Source: Atractiella rhizophila
Taxonomy: Eukaryota
Length of the DNA: 56,088 nucleotides
NCBI GenBank assembly: GCA_021432655.1
Contig: MU271368.1
Location: 24,929 to 81,016, forward strand
Direction: 5' to 3'
Position numbers and translations under genes: made by a program. The first letter of the stretch is position 1. Each line of letters opens with the position of its first letter. Positions 12,811 through 25,311 of this stretch are shown piece by piece. The notes beneath the pieces are model-generated. The model saw nothing but the letters and a program-made list of their open reading frames with translations, was not told where the DNA came from and did no database searches.

Positions 12811-12858
12811 GACCCTAACTCACTGCGACGCGTGACGCGTGAACCCTACTTCCTGATT
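12811..12858. promoter_or_regulatory. Conserved CGCG-rich motif with tandem ACGCGT
   Basis: ACGCGT at 12828-12833 and 12835-12840. Block conserved at 36602-36649. Confidence 0.35.
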
Positions 12859-13724
12859 CCCCTCGCCTTCTTCTGTCTAAATCCTACGAGGAACTCCAGT
12901 TAGCCAACCCTGCTTCGTCCCGCAGCTACTGCTCTTTCCCTTGCTTATATGTTCCTCATTCTTCTCTGATCGAATCGCTGGCACTCCCGATCGCGCGGTG
13001 TTCCCTCCATCAAGCGATAGGATCGAGAGTTGCTAGCTTGACATCAGCACATTCCCGTGCCCTATGGGGATCTATGATAGGACCCCGTCATAGAGCGCTT
13101 CCTGTCTGTTCCTACCGCGCTGTGGGAGCTATGAGGGAGCTATGGTGGAGCTATGAGGGGCTATGAGGGGCTATGAGGGTGACTCACATATAAAATGGCT
13201 TACTCTGTTTATGCATTTATTATACAGTAGAGCTTGGGACATGGAGGCGTCGAAGATGGCTTGTGAGATGAGTCATCCACCGCAACACCCGATCGATCGA
13301 GCAGTCAATCTCTCCCATCTTCTCGATCAGTCCCAGCCAGGCTCGTTCTCAGCGTCCAATTCACTGTTGCGGGAAGGAGTTCACTCATCACTCTCATTTC
13401 ACAGTTGTCGTCACTCGTAAGCGCGGAGCACAAAGGGTAGATGAATGTGTGAGCATGGGGGATTTGCTGTATGGAAGCTGGATGTGGCATCGGCAGAGAG
13501 GGTAACACTGGTGAGAGTTCTTCTAGTAGCGTAGCGAAATGGAGGAAGTGGGTGAGGGTTTGTTGTCTCAGCTTCAATTTTGACGGAGCGGGGAAGATAT
13601 TTGCAGAATTGAAAGGGCAGGCTGCGAGCATGAATGTGTTTCCGTTCATTTCATCTTCTGTATGGAGCTGTGCCAAGTTAGTGTGGTTGTTGCCTTGCGA
13701 GGGAGCCCAGCAACTTATAATTTC

Positions 13725-16700
13725 TCAAATGAAACGCAGGAAGGCGTCTTGATCTGAGAACTTGTTAAGCCAAGCTTCTCGGTGGCTTTCTAAAATGTTG
13801 GAGCGGTTCTGATCGCGAGGTGTTTCTGCCTTGAAGATTGGAGTGATGTGTGCCTGCCGAATGATGCGCTCGATGGGGATGACCTCCACATCTCGAACTG
13901 ATTCGCGATTGACGGAGACTTCGGCAATCTTGAGTTTCCACATGCGTGTGGTTGGGTCAACGTCGCGTCCTACAAGGTTGAAATACTGCACAAAAGCGAG
14001 TTCATGCTCTTCTCCCTCATACTCGAGCCTGAAACAAAGAAGTACCTGGGCAGGGCGGAAAGATCGCTTCGCTGTTGCCCGTTTATCGCGTATCACAACG
14101 CAGTCAAAGCGTTCAAAAGCATCGTCGCTGGACCCTGGCACATCTCGAGCGTACCAAGAGTCCTTAGCCCGAATAGAATACTTCATGAGCGGTTTTGCCT
14201 TTGAGGATGCCGCAAGGTTCCTCCAGATAGCGGTAGCAGCACCATAACGTGCAATGGACCCCTGAAAGTCTGGTAACTGGTCGTCATGTTCGTAACCGAC
14301 ATACTCCCCTGTTTCCAGCGACTTTAGAAAGCGTCCGATATGGTAACGAAGGTAGAAGAGTCGCTCCTTCTCAGTTGCTTGTAGCACAGGCATTGGATAT
14401 CCTATCTCTATGCCATGTTTCAGTTCTTGGAGCTGTCCAGGAGGAAATTGTACCTGGTGTTCTTGCCATGAAAACTCCTGCCCTGCCTCCATATTCAACA
14501 TGTCGCACACCTCGAGGTCGAGCTGCTTCCCTTGGAAGCAAGCCGACATCTTCAAGATAGGCAGTTTTGAGTTGGAATGCATCTTGCAAGAAGTTTCGGT
14601 TCAAAATCTGGGTGTCTGCATTGTTCTTGTTCGTCCCTCTGAACGGATCCTTGAGGTCAATGGAATGAAGACTCTCTGAGTACTCGGTGCTGACGAATGT
14701 CACCGGTCCAACATTGACAATGTCCGTGTCATAATGATGTAATGAATGAATTTTCAGAATGTTGTCAAACCCTTTCTCTTTACCATCTTTACTGATACGG
14801 ACACAAGCGAAAGCAGGCAGATCAGCAAAGAACTGTGTCTTTGCTTGCTGCAAGCCATCACGCTCATGATCACCGAAGACAGGTAGGTTGGCGAAGTAGA
14901 TGAACTCCAGCAATGCAACTGTGCAGCGTAGAGCCGGAGTAGGGATGAGACCATAAATTGCTGGTGCAAAGACGGCTGCAAGCTGTTCAGCATCTCCTGC
15001 CGACCAGCGAGAGAAGTTGAGACCTGTGTAGAAAGCACGAATGCCAGGAAAAGCTGGCATAAACTTGAGCCGCCTCTCCAGCTCTGAGATGCCTGGCCCA
15101 CGACGTTCTTGGCGTTCGAGTTTAATAAGTGCAAGAATCCATTGAACAATATGATGGAGAAAGATTCCTTTAAGAAGTTGATGAAGAATGTCAGACACCA
15201 GAATGCTGTGCATGTCGGTCAACCGCAAATCATCGGTGTATGGCAGCAGTGGCGTAGCCCAGCTTGCTTGAGTTGTGCCTCCGGCCATCCAGCTGTCAAA
15301 GCATCTCTACGCTGGTTTTCGTTGCATAGCGGCCACTGGCCGTCTGTTCCCTTATCAGAGGGGTCGACGAGACACTGGTCACACCACCCATCGAAAAGGA
15401 GTGCGAGGAAGATTTTCTCCATGTAATCAGCCAGATGAGCTACGATTGAAGGAAAAAAGCGCCGGTAGTGTCCATCGGGGCATCTTGCAAAGATGCCCGT
15501 CTCTTCTAGTTCTCGTAGCGGCTCTGACAATGCGACCCGGAAGGCTTGAGTGACAAGAGCTCGCGAGAACATTCGGTATTCTTCACTGCTCTTTTCAGCA
15601 TCTGTTGCTCCTAACACTTTTTGAGATAAACAAGATGGTGTCAAGTATGCAACATACCACGGATGAGTGGAACTCCCGCTACAAGCATGAAGTACCTAAG
15701 GTGGTGCAGATAGGCAACATCTTCGTCAATGTTGCCCGGCAAGATGTAGATTGGGTAGAACTCTGCACCACCTTTCTGAGAAGCAAGGAGAGTTTTGTCT
15801 GAAGCGACTTTCAAAGGCATTATAGTTGCGTCTGAGCCCAGCGATCTCTGCAATCCACATATCTAGTGATAGAAGGCAGAGAAAGGTGTTCGACAAACCT
15901 GTAGCCGTCTCCAGGCTTTTGCAGAAGCCATTGAGCTATACACCTCCTTTCCCTCGTTGTCGACGTCAACAAATGCCTTGTACTGCACATGGCCGTGAAG
16001 ACCTCTTGCACTGAGGGTCCTCCTCAAGACCTTCTTCAGGTCCCGATGCCGAACAACATACTTCTCTCGCATGTATCCCGGCAGTTCTCCATCAGGGAAT
16101 CTGTCACGGACCTCAGCAACATTGACATTGACAATGGTCTCATGCCATTTGAAGTCCTCCGCTCCTGGCACTTGAGCAACGATATCGAATAGCTTCTGCC
16201 GGTCTTGAAAAGGCCGGTAATTGAAGTGCTCTTCTAAGAAGTCAAGATACTCCTTTGTCCTTTCAATGCTAAGCACCACCCCTTTCACATTTAATATAAA
16301 CATCCCCGCATCTCGCTGACGCTTATCCTCAAAGGGCCACCATCCATGATTTTTCGCATTGGCCTCCTCCAATGGATCAGGCTCTGGAGGATCACCACGA
16401 ATGGCCGGAGTTCCATCTTTTCGATATCTCCTCCCTCCAAGCAGTACTCAACCAGACATAATGCAGCAATGAGGATCTTACCACCAGCAATGACTTTCCG
16501 ATGCACGGCTCGAGCATGCCATCCATCATCCTCCTGTTCAATATCCGGCAAGGCTTCAAATATCTCCTCATCCTCACCCCATCCTGCTTCTTGAGGAAGA
16601 CCGTCTTCCCTCATAACAATGTCACCTCCCAAGACTTCCAATCCAACCTGTTGCCCTATCACTGGTTCCACTTCTCCATCCTCTTCGCCGACTGGAAATT

Positions 16701-16839
16701 GACCAGGTGCTTGAGCAGCCTCAGGACGATAATCGGGGTGTGCAAGTGTGACATGGCGTCTCACGTCTTGGTCGCATCTCCCAAGGTAGTTGGTAGTACA
16801 GCCAGGCACCCAACAGCGAAGGACTCGGCGTTGCGCCAT
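13725..16839 (-). CDS. Plavaka transposase (multi-exon, apparently intact)
   Basis: N-terminal C2H2-like CWVPGC..HVTLAH; WWPF; ASDKT; YPIYILPGNI; CPDGHYRR..ADYMEK..WCDQC; DILHQLLKG; KIHSLHHY; STEYSESLH. Frame changes are explainable by short GT-AG introns (one checked by hand). Confidence 0.88.
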
Positions 16840-17013
16840 GGATATTGAACCGTACTGAGGTTGAGGCTGCACGGATAGAGGGTGAGGAGGGAGTTGAAAG
16901 GAGACGGAGCAAGTTGCTTGTTTATGGTTTTCTCAGGTTTCTGCTTCAATATTCTTCTTGAGACGCTTCTAAAAACTACAACCAATTTCGTTGGGTCTCA
17001 TTTTTCAAGACAG

Positions 17014-20000
17014 ATGCCACCAAAACGATCCACAAGACGGCATCTTCAACCACCTCCATCCCCTCGAAGAAATCTAGCCAGCAGCGCTGAACATTTCCAG
17101 TATGGCATTGCTTGTCCTCTTCTGCTTGTTGTCAATAAACATGTTTTAGTGATAGCAGCAATACAGACAACCTCTACAATCGCCGCCCAGTCACCTCGTC
17201 AAGCATAGAGCAAATGGAGGCGATTGTTGAGCCATCTACTGGTGGAGTGCCTTCAGGGGAATCTGATACACTTGACGCTTGTGTTCCGGTTGACAGCCTG
17301 GTCGCTCCAATGCGGATGCCACGTAAAGTCAAGCTCATCCTGCCAACTCGCAAGACAATCGAACGGAAGTCAAAGACAGAGTCGATTCGCAATCTCAAGG
17401 CAAGGGAAATTGGCTCTCGGCGCAACTTACGGCCAATTGAAGAATCGGTTGGAATAGAACAGGACCCGCTTAGTGCTGCACGAGCTTTGGTAGTTACAGC
17501 GAGACCATTGAAGGCCGGGGATCAGCCAAGAGATGCGCAGGGGGAGAATGCAGTTCCGTATGGAGGAGTATTGGTGGAGAAACACGTTGGCCCATATGTT
17601 GAGCCTGTGAGTCGTGGACGTGGGAGAGGGAGAGGACGGAGTGGGCAGAGAGGCAAGGGGAGAAGGAGAGCCAGATTGTGCGTTGGTTCTGCACTGGAAA
17701 GAGAAACGGGCGGAATGATTGAGCTCGACGACGGCAATGGACAACATTGCATACAACTGTCACTCAGCTTGCGCACTCTCTTCCTGCGATTGAAGCAAAT
17801 GCTCCTCATGCCACCACATCCTCAAACCTCAAGCCAGACCTAGTCCTACGAGTATTAGCATTCACATTTCCCGATATCGAACGGAGCAATATGGCCACCG
17901 CCTTTTGGCAGCTTCCAAGCGCAGGTGACACTTTTCAGCGGCTCTATCAGGCATTTGTCCTTCTTGACAGTTTCCGGGCAAAGGCATGTGAGGGGAACTC
18001 AGAGTTGACGACTAGTAAAGAGCATAGGGAGAATATCAATGGCGCTCTGAGGTTGTTGAAGACGTGGGGTCAGGGTGTGCAGAGCGGATCAAGTCCGAGG
18101 GCGGGAATTAACACAAGAACCAAATCTAAATGTGTTCCTGAAAATTCTTTGGCCAATCTCTCAGCAATAAACCCACACGATCCTTCTGTATCCCCGCCTC
18201 CTATCGAGCCTCCCGCACAACCCCTTCCACAGCACCTGGAACACCTGCCTGCTCCCACTGCCAGCGATACTGCGGTGAAGCATTTGCGAGTAGATGGATT
18301 GAGGCATGCCAGAGAATATACGGTGGCTGTCAGGCATTATGAGACGCGTGGCAAGGTTGTTAGTGAGTCGCTTTGCTATCAGCTTCACATTTTAGTTGAA
18401 CATGATGCAGATTTAATCGGAGAAGATGATACAGAACAGAGCACTGATAGTAGTGATCATGCTAATGACCCTGTCATTGTGGCCACAGAAGATCATACCA
18501 GTGACTGCGAGGATCCTAGTTTCGTGCGCATTCTTTTATCCTCGGTCTTTTCTGGCTCACAATAATTTCAGGTTTCTGATGCGGGCGAAACTCCTTTGCT
18601 AAAGGACCAGGCTATACAACTCAAGCAGAAAAATGTGCTTCCCTTCTCTCTGTCTGCTTTGATGCTAATTGCACGATAGAAAAAGTATCGAAAGGCTGTT
18701 GCTGGCGGTAAAATAATCAACGGTGCTAAAGAGAAGAAGGTAGATCTTGACTTGTCCTTCCGGGCAAAAGCTGATCGAGAGAATTAAGAAGCAAGAGGAG
18801 GCTGCTGGACAGAAAATGAAATGAGCCCAGGCTATTAACTCCATTGCCGGATCACGAGCAACACTCGTCTGTGTCCCTGCCCGATTCGCCATTTGTAGCT
18901 AATTGGTTTGCAGATGCTCTCCTCCCCAGAAAATTCCGACAACGTCACGACCGGAGATGCTGCCAGTGCCATTTCACAATCCGTAATCAATGGCCAACTA
19001 AGCAACATGCGGTACAACGTTACATTCTCTTCGCAGTCTCGGGAACCTCGAAACTCATATAGGAGTTTTAAGCGATTGACAGATCTTGATTCCGATGCCG
19101 GTGAGATGACTGTTGACCGTGATCCATTCTCAAATCTTCAGATGCATGCTGGACGCCGCGGCTCTGCGGTTTCTGACTCCACGAAGTCGAACATTGAAGT
19201 GCCTTGGATGCTCAGAATGTCCAATCTTGCAGGTAGTGTCAATGAAGATGACATCAAGGTGTGTTAGTTTGGGATCAGGCAATTGCATGGAACTGACGCA
19301 GGGACAGGCGGCATGCTCACCATTTGGCAGGATACTAGCAGTCAGTTTCCATCCAGCAATCGACCGGACTGTCTCTGTCGATGTCGTCTATGCGAAGGAG
19401 TCACACGCAAAGTCAGCAGTTATGCAACTGAAGTATATCTTTCTTTATTTCTCTAGCGGCAGCTAAAGATCCATAGTGGCAAGGAGAACCATGATCATAA
19501 GTGGGCCGCCATCGCGTTTCAAGTCCCCTCGTCATCTCCATTCCATCCCGTTAGCCAGCCAGCTCCACCTTCACAACAACTACTCCACCGCCTCCGTCGA
19601 CCTGCAGATGCAGTATCAAATGTTAGCACTCCTGCTGCTTCACCAGCCACAGGGTTGGTGGTTGTGAGCTGTGCCCAGCCTCATCATACGCCCACTCCTC
19701 CACCACCTTCCCGCTCCCTTGTAACTATCGGCCGTAACATGAAAGCAGGCACACCCCTCCCGGCAAGTTCAAGTTTGCTCTCTGGGTCACATGTGGCTAC
19801 TGTCACATCGATAAAACGAAGAAATAGCTTGGAAGGCAGTTCAGAATGCGAGGACGATAAGCGGAGGAAGAAGAGGAAACCACGCATGAAGATGAATGGT
19901 GCGTACTCTTATCCTCCTTTCCTTGCCTGACCAAAGGTGTTAGAGTGGACGCCACAATCCCAGCACTCTCTCAAGGAGCTACAGAAGCAGATGCGGCTCA

Positions 20001-21193
20001 CCATCCTTCTTGAAGATCCATTCATTACCTCCAACAACAAACGTGTGCGTACTATTGAGGCATTCAAGACTTTGCAAGGAGAGGTAGCACTTGATGAGGA
20101 ACAAATCCGACATGTGCGTGTTTATGTATTTCATGGGGCGTGTTTCTCATAAGAGGTTACAAGTTAATGTCATGGGTGAGCTCTTATAAAGGTCACTTTG
20201 CTCGAACCGCCAAACTGTATACGCGTGATCTGTGGAAGATTCCTTCTGGTTACAACACTGACGACGCCGTTGACAATGCGGAGGAGATGTACAAGCTGTT
20301 TGAGTGGTGGAGGTTGCGGTTCCATTATGGTGATGCCGATCTGAAGAACCCTGATGTCACTCCAGACAAGGTGAGTTATCCTGTGGCGTGCACTTGTGAC
20401 TTGCGTCCTAACGAGGTAGCTTACCAGCTCTCCGAGCCATTCCTTTCTCCATCTTTCATTAGCCTTATCCACAAAGCCATCTTCAATTCTCGCGCTTGGG
20501 CAGATGCTGTCGGTGATTGCATGCACTTTGACGATACGCTTCCTCCGTCAACCTTAGCCTTGGTGGGAACTGCTGTGCGTTTCTTGCACTCCTCAGATGA
20601 TGTGCACTAATCTCAGTCGGTGAAGGTATGGCATGAGTTCAGCCGGGAGATGAGGTTCTATGAGGTACTGGGTACTAAGAGAAGCTCCCAGAAAGCAAAG
20701 GAAGCTGCCGCAAAGGTTCAATTCACGCCTGAGGCATACAGCGGCGTCTACAAAGCATTTCTACAGCGCACAAACACGCTCTCAGCTCAGACCTTGTGCG
20801 CTATCAACAGAGCTGCTGGTACGCGCCATTTCAGTGTCTTCCATCTGCTAAGATCCCATAGGTGGGCGAACCCATTCACTGATGGCTTCGCCTTTCCTGA
20901 CAAAACTTTCTATCTCTCATGCTGAGGCCGTTGCAAAGGATGCTGATGATCTTGCAAAATGTCTCGGCTTCTCGTCAACTACTGGGCCTACTAACATCAT
21001 CGATCCATCACTCCTCAATGAGGCGGTCATAGATACTGAATACGATCTGGATGCAAGACTGTATGGGATGGAGGAGATGGAGCCCGTCGTTGAAGGGGAT
21101 GCGGATATGGTTGACTATGGGGTTGTGCGAATGGGGCGGCTGTGGCCAAGTGATCGATTGGCAGATGGTGCTCTGAACGGAATGGATAGATGA
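17014..21193 (+). CDS. Plavaka-borne accessory gene region: RRM-like domain plus DUF6532-like C-terminus (multi-exon, possibly more than one gene)
   Basis: ATG 17014 (MPPKRSTRR), divergent from the transposase. Spliced LRMSNL..EDDIK|AACSPFGRI..AVMQLNG is RRM-like. PFLSPSFISLIHKAIF..LALVGTAV..F..EAYSGVY is DUF6532-like. Confidence 0.6.
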
Positions 21194-21799
21194 GGAACTC
21201 GAGGCTTTCTGACAGTGCGAAGGATCCCGGAGGGAAGATTGAGAATCAGGTTAAGTGAGATATTTTATAATATACATCGATAATTAATATTAATTCCATG
21301 GATTCGCAATGTACAAGTGGCGCAATATGGTAGTGGCATAAAGCATAGAGACATAAGAGCGTGATAGTGCATAGGCTAGCATAGGACATAGCAGCATAGC
21401 ACGATAGCCCATAGTGGTATAAGCACATAGGATTATAGCCCTGCTTCAACCGCTCTATCATAGCGCCCAGGTGACAAAACCCCTATGAGCTATCAAAGAC
21501 CTCATAGCGCCATAGGCAACCGCTCAGAAACTGCTGATGGAGGCGCTTCGGGTTAGATGAGGTGCGGCGCTGGTCGATATCATGGGTTGACAAAATATTG
21601 GAGTCAAAAGGAGGGAGCGTTCGAGACGTTAAGCATCAAGGGTAGCTGCTAGATTTGGATCAGGTCAATTGTTTGGTTGCTTCATCATACTTTGGCAATT
21701 GAAAGCATATCCAAATATCAATAAGACTAGGGGGACAGAGGCCGATCAGCACAATTTCGTTATATCCTTAGAAGAGTTGAACGCACCTCTTTCTCCGAT

Positions 21800-23830
21800 C
21801 GAGTAGCACTTTCTTCAAAGCAGCCGCCAACTGAACCAACTTCTCCCCCGCTCAGTTCTTTTCAACCCCTCCTATCGATCCCCCTCCACCCATCTTCGAG
21901 CACATAACCCCTGACTGTTATCCCTCCTCCTGACGCCGATTCTTTAAGGGAAAAGAGTGGGGACTTAGCAGAGTGCGGTTGATTTCGGTAGACCACGCGC
22001 AAACGTTGGAGCTTTGATGGGTGATTTAGTGGAATAGGACTGACGTCCTGGCGGATGATCGTGGACGAAACGCAGGGAGGACATCGATTCTTCTTGAAGC
22101 GATGAGAGCAATGGTTCTAGCGGCAAGTGAGCGTAAACGTGCATCCTGCGATATGAAGCTAGCAAGGTCAATGTAACTCCTGGTATACAGAGATCAAGAT
22201 GATAGAAGAACCCGATGTTTGCCCACAAACTCCGGAATCGTGTCTTTGAACAACTTGACCTCTGACGCAGTCTTAGTCATCGGTGCCAGGCAGAGGTCAG
22301 GAAAGGTTCAATAGATAGACTTGAGCAATGACTTTCTTACCAAAGAGAGGAGGTACAAGGCAATCTTCCTCCCATCACACCGCTGATGCATCTTTCGAGG
22401 GGCCGCAGGACCGAGGACCACCGACTAGAGCAGTCACGCGAACTGACCTGGGAAGGCGAGGAGGTCTGTGACGCTCGATGCGTCTAGCTCTATCTCTGTG
22501 AGCCGAGGCAGAAGTGCAATTGACATTTTGAATGCGTAGTTGTGCTAGCTGTGCCGTCATTCGATCAAAACTGGGGAGGGCAGGAATGCGGCAGTATTCT
22601 CTTCTTCCTTAAGCGTGGGGGAGATGAAGGTGTGGACGAGTTTGACCAGAGGAAAGCGTCTGTATCAAAATTGCCTCCAAAAGTAGTGACGCAGCTTCCT
22701 GCATTCAAGCTGTATGTGAACCACGGTTCGTCCGCCAGCTCGCTACGTTCTTTGCGTAGTATGTGTCAGTCCGATTCGAGGACGTTGGCGTTCTTGTTGC
22801 AGTCCTCGTAGGGTCGAGAAAGACCAGACGGGATGCCTGTGTGAGGAAGGTGACTTAGTGTTTGCGGTGTAGGTGTAACGGTGCTGGAATATCTGCACCG
22901 CATAATGAGCAAGTTGTCAGGACCGTCCCACCAGTCGTTTGTTTCAATTCATACTCGATTGGCGGCTTCCGCAACTGATATCATAGTACTGTTCGACTTC
23001 CTATGCGAATCTGACCTCGCTCCACTGCGGTTACAGGCCGCCAACAATCGCAGCAGTTATTGGAAATGATGGGAACATCTGTATCATCGCTCGGATAGTG
23101 GGTAAGTAAGGACAGTAGTGGAGGTTGCTATAGATGTCTGTAGATTCCAATTCTAAATTGCCACAGACATACTGAAAGAGTAGCACTGATTCCATCTGAA
23201 TCGAGACATCAATTGACTGTCTTCGGTGCACCATTCCAAAGACGCCACTGCTCAGCTACAGTATTTTCATCTACTTCCATCCACACAGTGGACAGTCTAG
23301 TTTCCATTCCAAACGGAAACACAGACATATTCAGGACATACGCCGACCAGTCAAAGAACAGCTGGACATGCCCATAATATGTCCTGAAAGGCCTCAACCT
23401 TGGTCAACAGCTCAGCTCCAAACGGTAAGCATAGATGCATCTGTCTTCCTCCTTTTTATAAGTGGAAATCATGATTTCTTCAACGCAACGGAGGCATTTC
23501 AGTAACAGTAACAGTTAGTCTTGCGCTCCATCGCCAAACCTTGCTGTCGTGAATCTTTCTGCTTGACGATCTCACTCATTCTTGACAGCCACAAACGGCA
23601 GACAAGATCGTCAAAAAGACATGTAGGACCTCAGGATATTTCTCTCAGCCACTTCTGTTATCAACACAAAACGGCCATCTCAGAGCAACATGACGGACTT
23701 CTCAGCAGTTTCCTAGACTGCCATAGCAATCTCTAAGACAACTTCCACTTGTGCAACGCCTATCATAGGCGGACGACCAATCATTGTCTCGGACGAAGAG
23801 GTGAGCTTTTTTCCATCTTGACTGCTCCAG
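21800..23830 (-). pseudogene. Degenerate gene X region (longest copy)
   Basis: Homologous to 3750-4500 and about 52740-53700. Many stops. Confidence 0.4.
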
Positions 23831-25311
23831 GCTGCTTGAAACTGATAGACCGACCCAGTTCTGGACTATTTGTGCTAACTGACAGCACGACACTCGATAC
23901 ACCATACCTCCTCTTCGGAAACCATGATAGGAACAGCACTACGAACTGCAGGGGCAGATGAAGCGCAGGATATCACGGAGAATGCCATGACGCTGTAGAA
24001 AATCGCAGAGAATTGCATGTTTTATTTTGAACTCTTGAATACCCTTTTCTGACCGGAAAAAGCTTGGACCTGAAGCAGCCAGGATCGAGAGCTTTTATAT
24101 TTTCCACACCATCCATGCGGTGCTCTCGTGGTTTCGCCAAAGCTCAAAGGACAAAGGAAACGGACCAGTAGCTCAATGACATTGCGACGGAAGGAGCGCT
24201 GGGGCCGAGTAAAATGGTTTCTTTGACCTTTGAGGTGTGTTTCTCGGATGATTGGTAGTTGGCATCCGTTCAGCGGTGGGACAAAGATAGCCAAATTGTG
24301 TCTATGGCTAGAATCGGTCCTAGACACATTGTTTCACCGTCTTGCAATTTGTAACGGGGGGTGGGGCGTTCGCAACGGCTTGAATGTTCCTGTGTTTTGC
24401 GGCAAGTCCGTCACCATTTCTAGAGTAAGAGACATTTTCCATCATTCCCCGTAATGAGTCCTATATGAACATGAGTCCGGCAACAACTACATTCTAGGTA
24501 ATCTGAATGCCACTCAGTTCCGCTGTCATGCATCAGAGAACGTCCAAGCTTTCCATTCCGTACTGTGACATATCATATTCATGCAAACAGTTGAACCACT
24601 GTGGTCAGTCCGTCATTATGGGCCGCTGCTGACGTTGGTATGTATCGATCACAGGGAAGAAGCCAGTTGTGAGTAAACTTTAGGTCCGTCGATTTGCGGA
24701 CATGTTTCGTCTATTCTCTTTGGAGATGATCAAGCAGGTCTGAAGAGCAATTAATTGCGGTGCGTAGTATAATGTTGCCACGAACTGGTCCATGTTTCAA
24801 ATATTATCTTCTCCGTCGATGTCAACCTTTCTGGGCACGCAACATGTGCCAGTGCATTAACATGAGACGCAACCACAGCACTTTTTATATCCCTTTTCAT
24901 TCTGCATTAAACGCCTTTAGCAGCCCCTGCAACCTGCTGTGGTTTACAGACATCCTGAAAGGAGTGTAAGTTCCTGGTTCCATCGAACCATCAAAACTGA
25001 TAAGCAAGCCAAGTTTTGGACTAATTGGGCCACTGGAAACTTGACCATTGACACTGCTTGTAAGTCAAATTTCGACTGCCTCAACGTTGACTGAAATATC
25101 TCCACAGGTTGCGGAGCGTGTTCCGTGGTAAGCATTTTTCATAATCTGAGTCGCGGACGCCAAAACGATCTCTACAGAGTTGCGGCAGATGCTGCTCTTG
25201 CGTTACCTGCCAATGCACCGGAACTTGTTAAGAAATCTCGGAGAAATGATGTGCAATGCTTCTTTCTAAACTCGAGATTTACCGCGTCTTGTGTTCTTTC
25301 ACTGGAATCTT

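Larger units (their letters stand above)
13042..21539. mobile_element. Complete Plavaka-family (CACTA-related) DNA transposon, 8498 bp
   Basis: Termini CATCAGCA...TGCTGATG, 2-bp GA duplication (13040-41 and 21540-41), CTATG subterminal repeats at left and CATAG at right. Joined flanks match an uninterrupted paralogous site at about 52390-52570. Confidence 0.85.

Noticed and set aside
24400..24830. Scattered GTCCGTC motifs suggesting a MITE
   Set aside because: No TIR pair or TSD could be identified.
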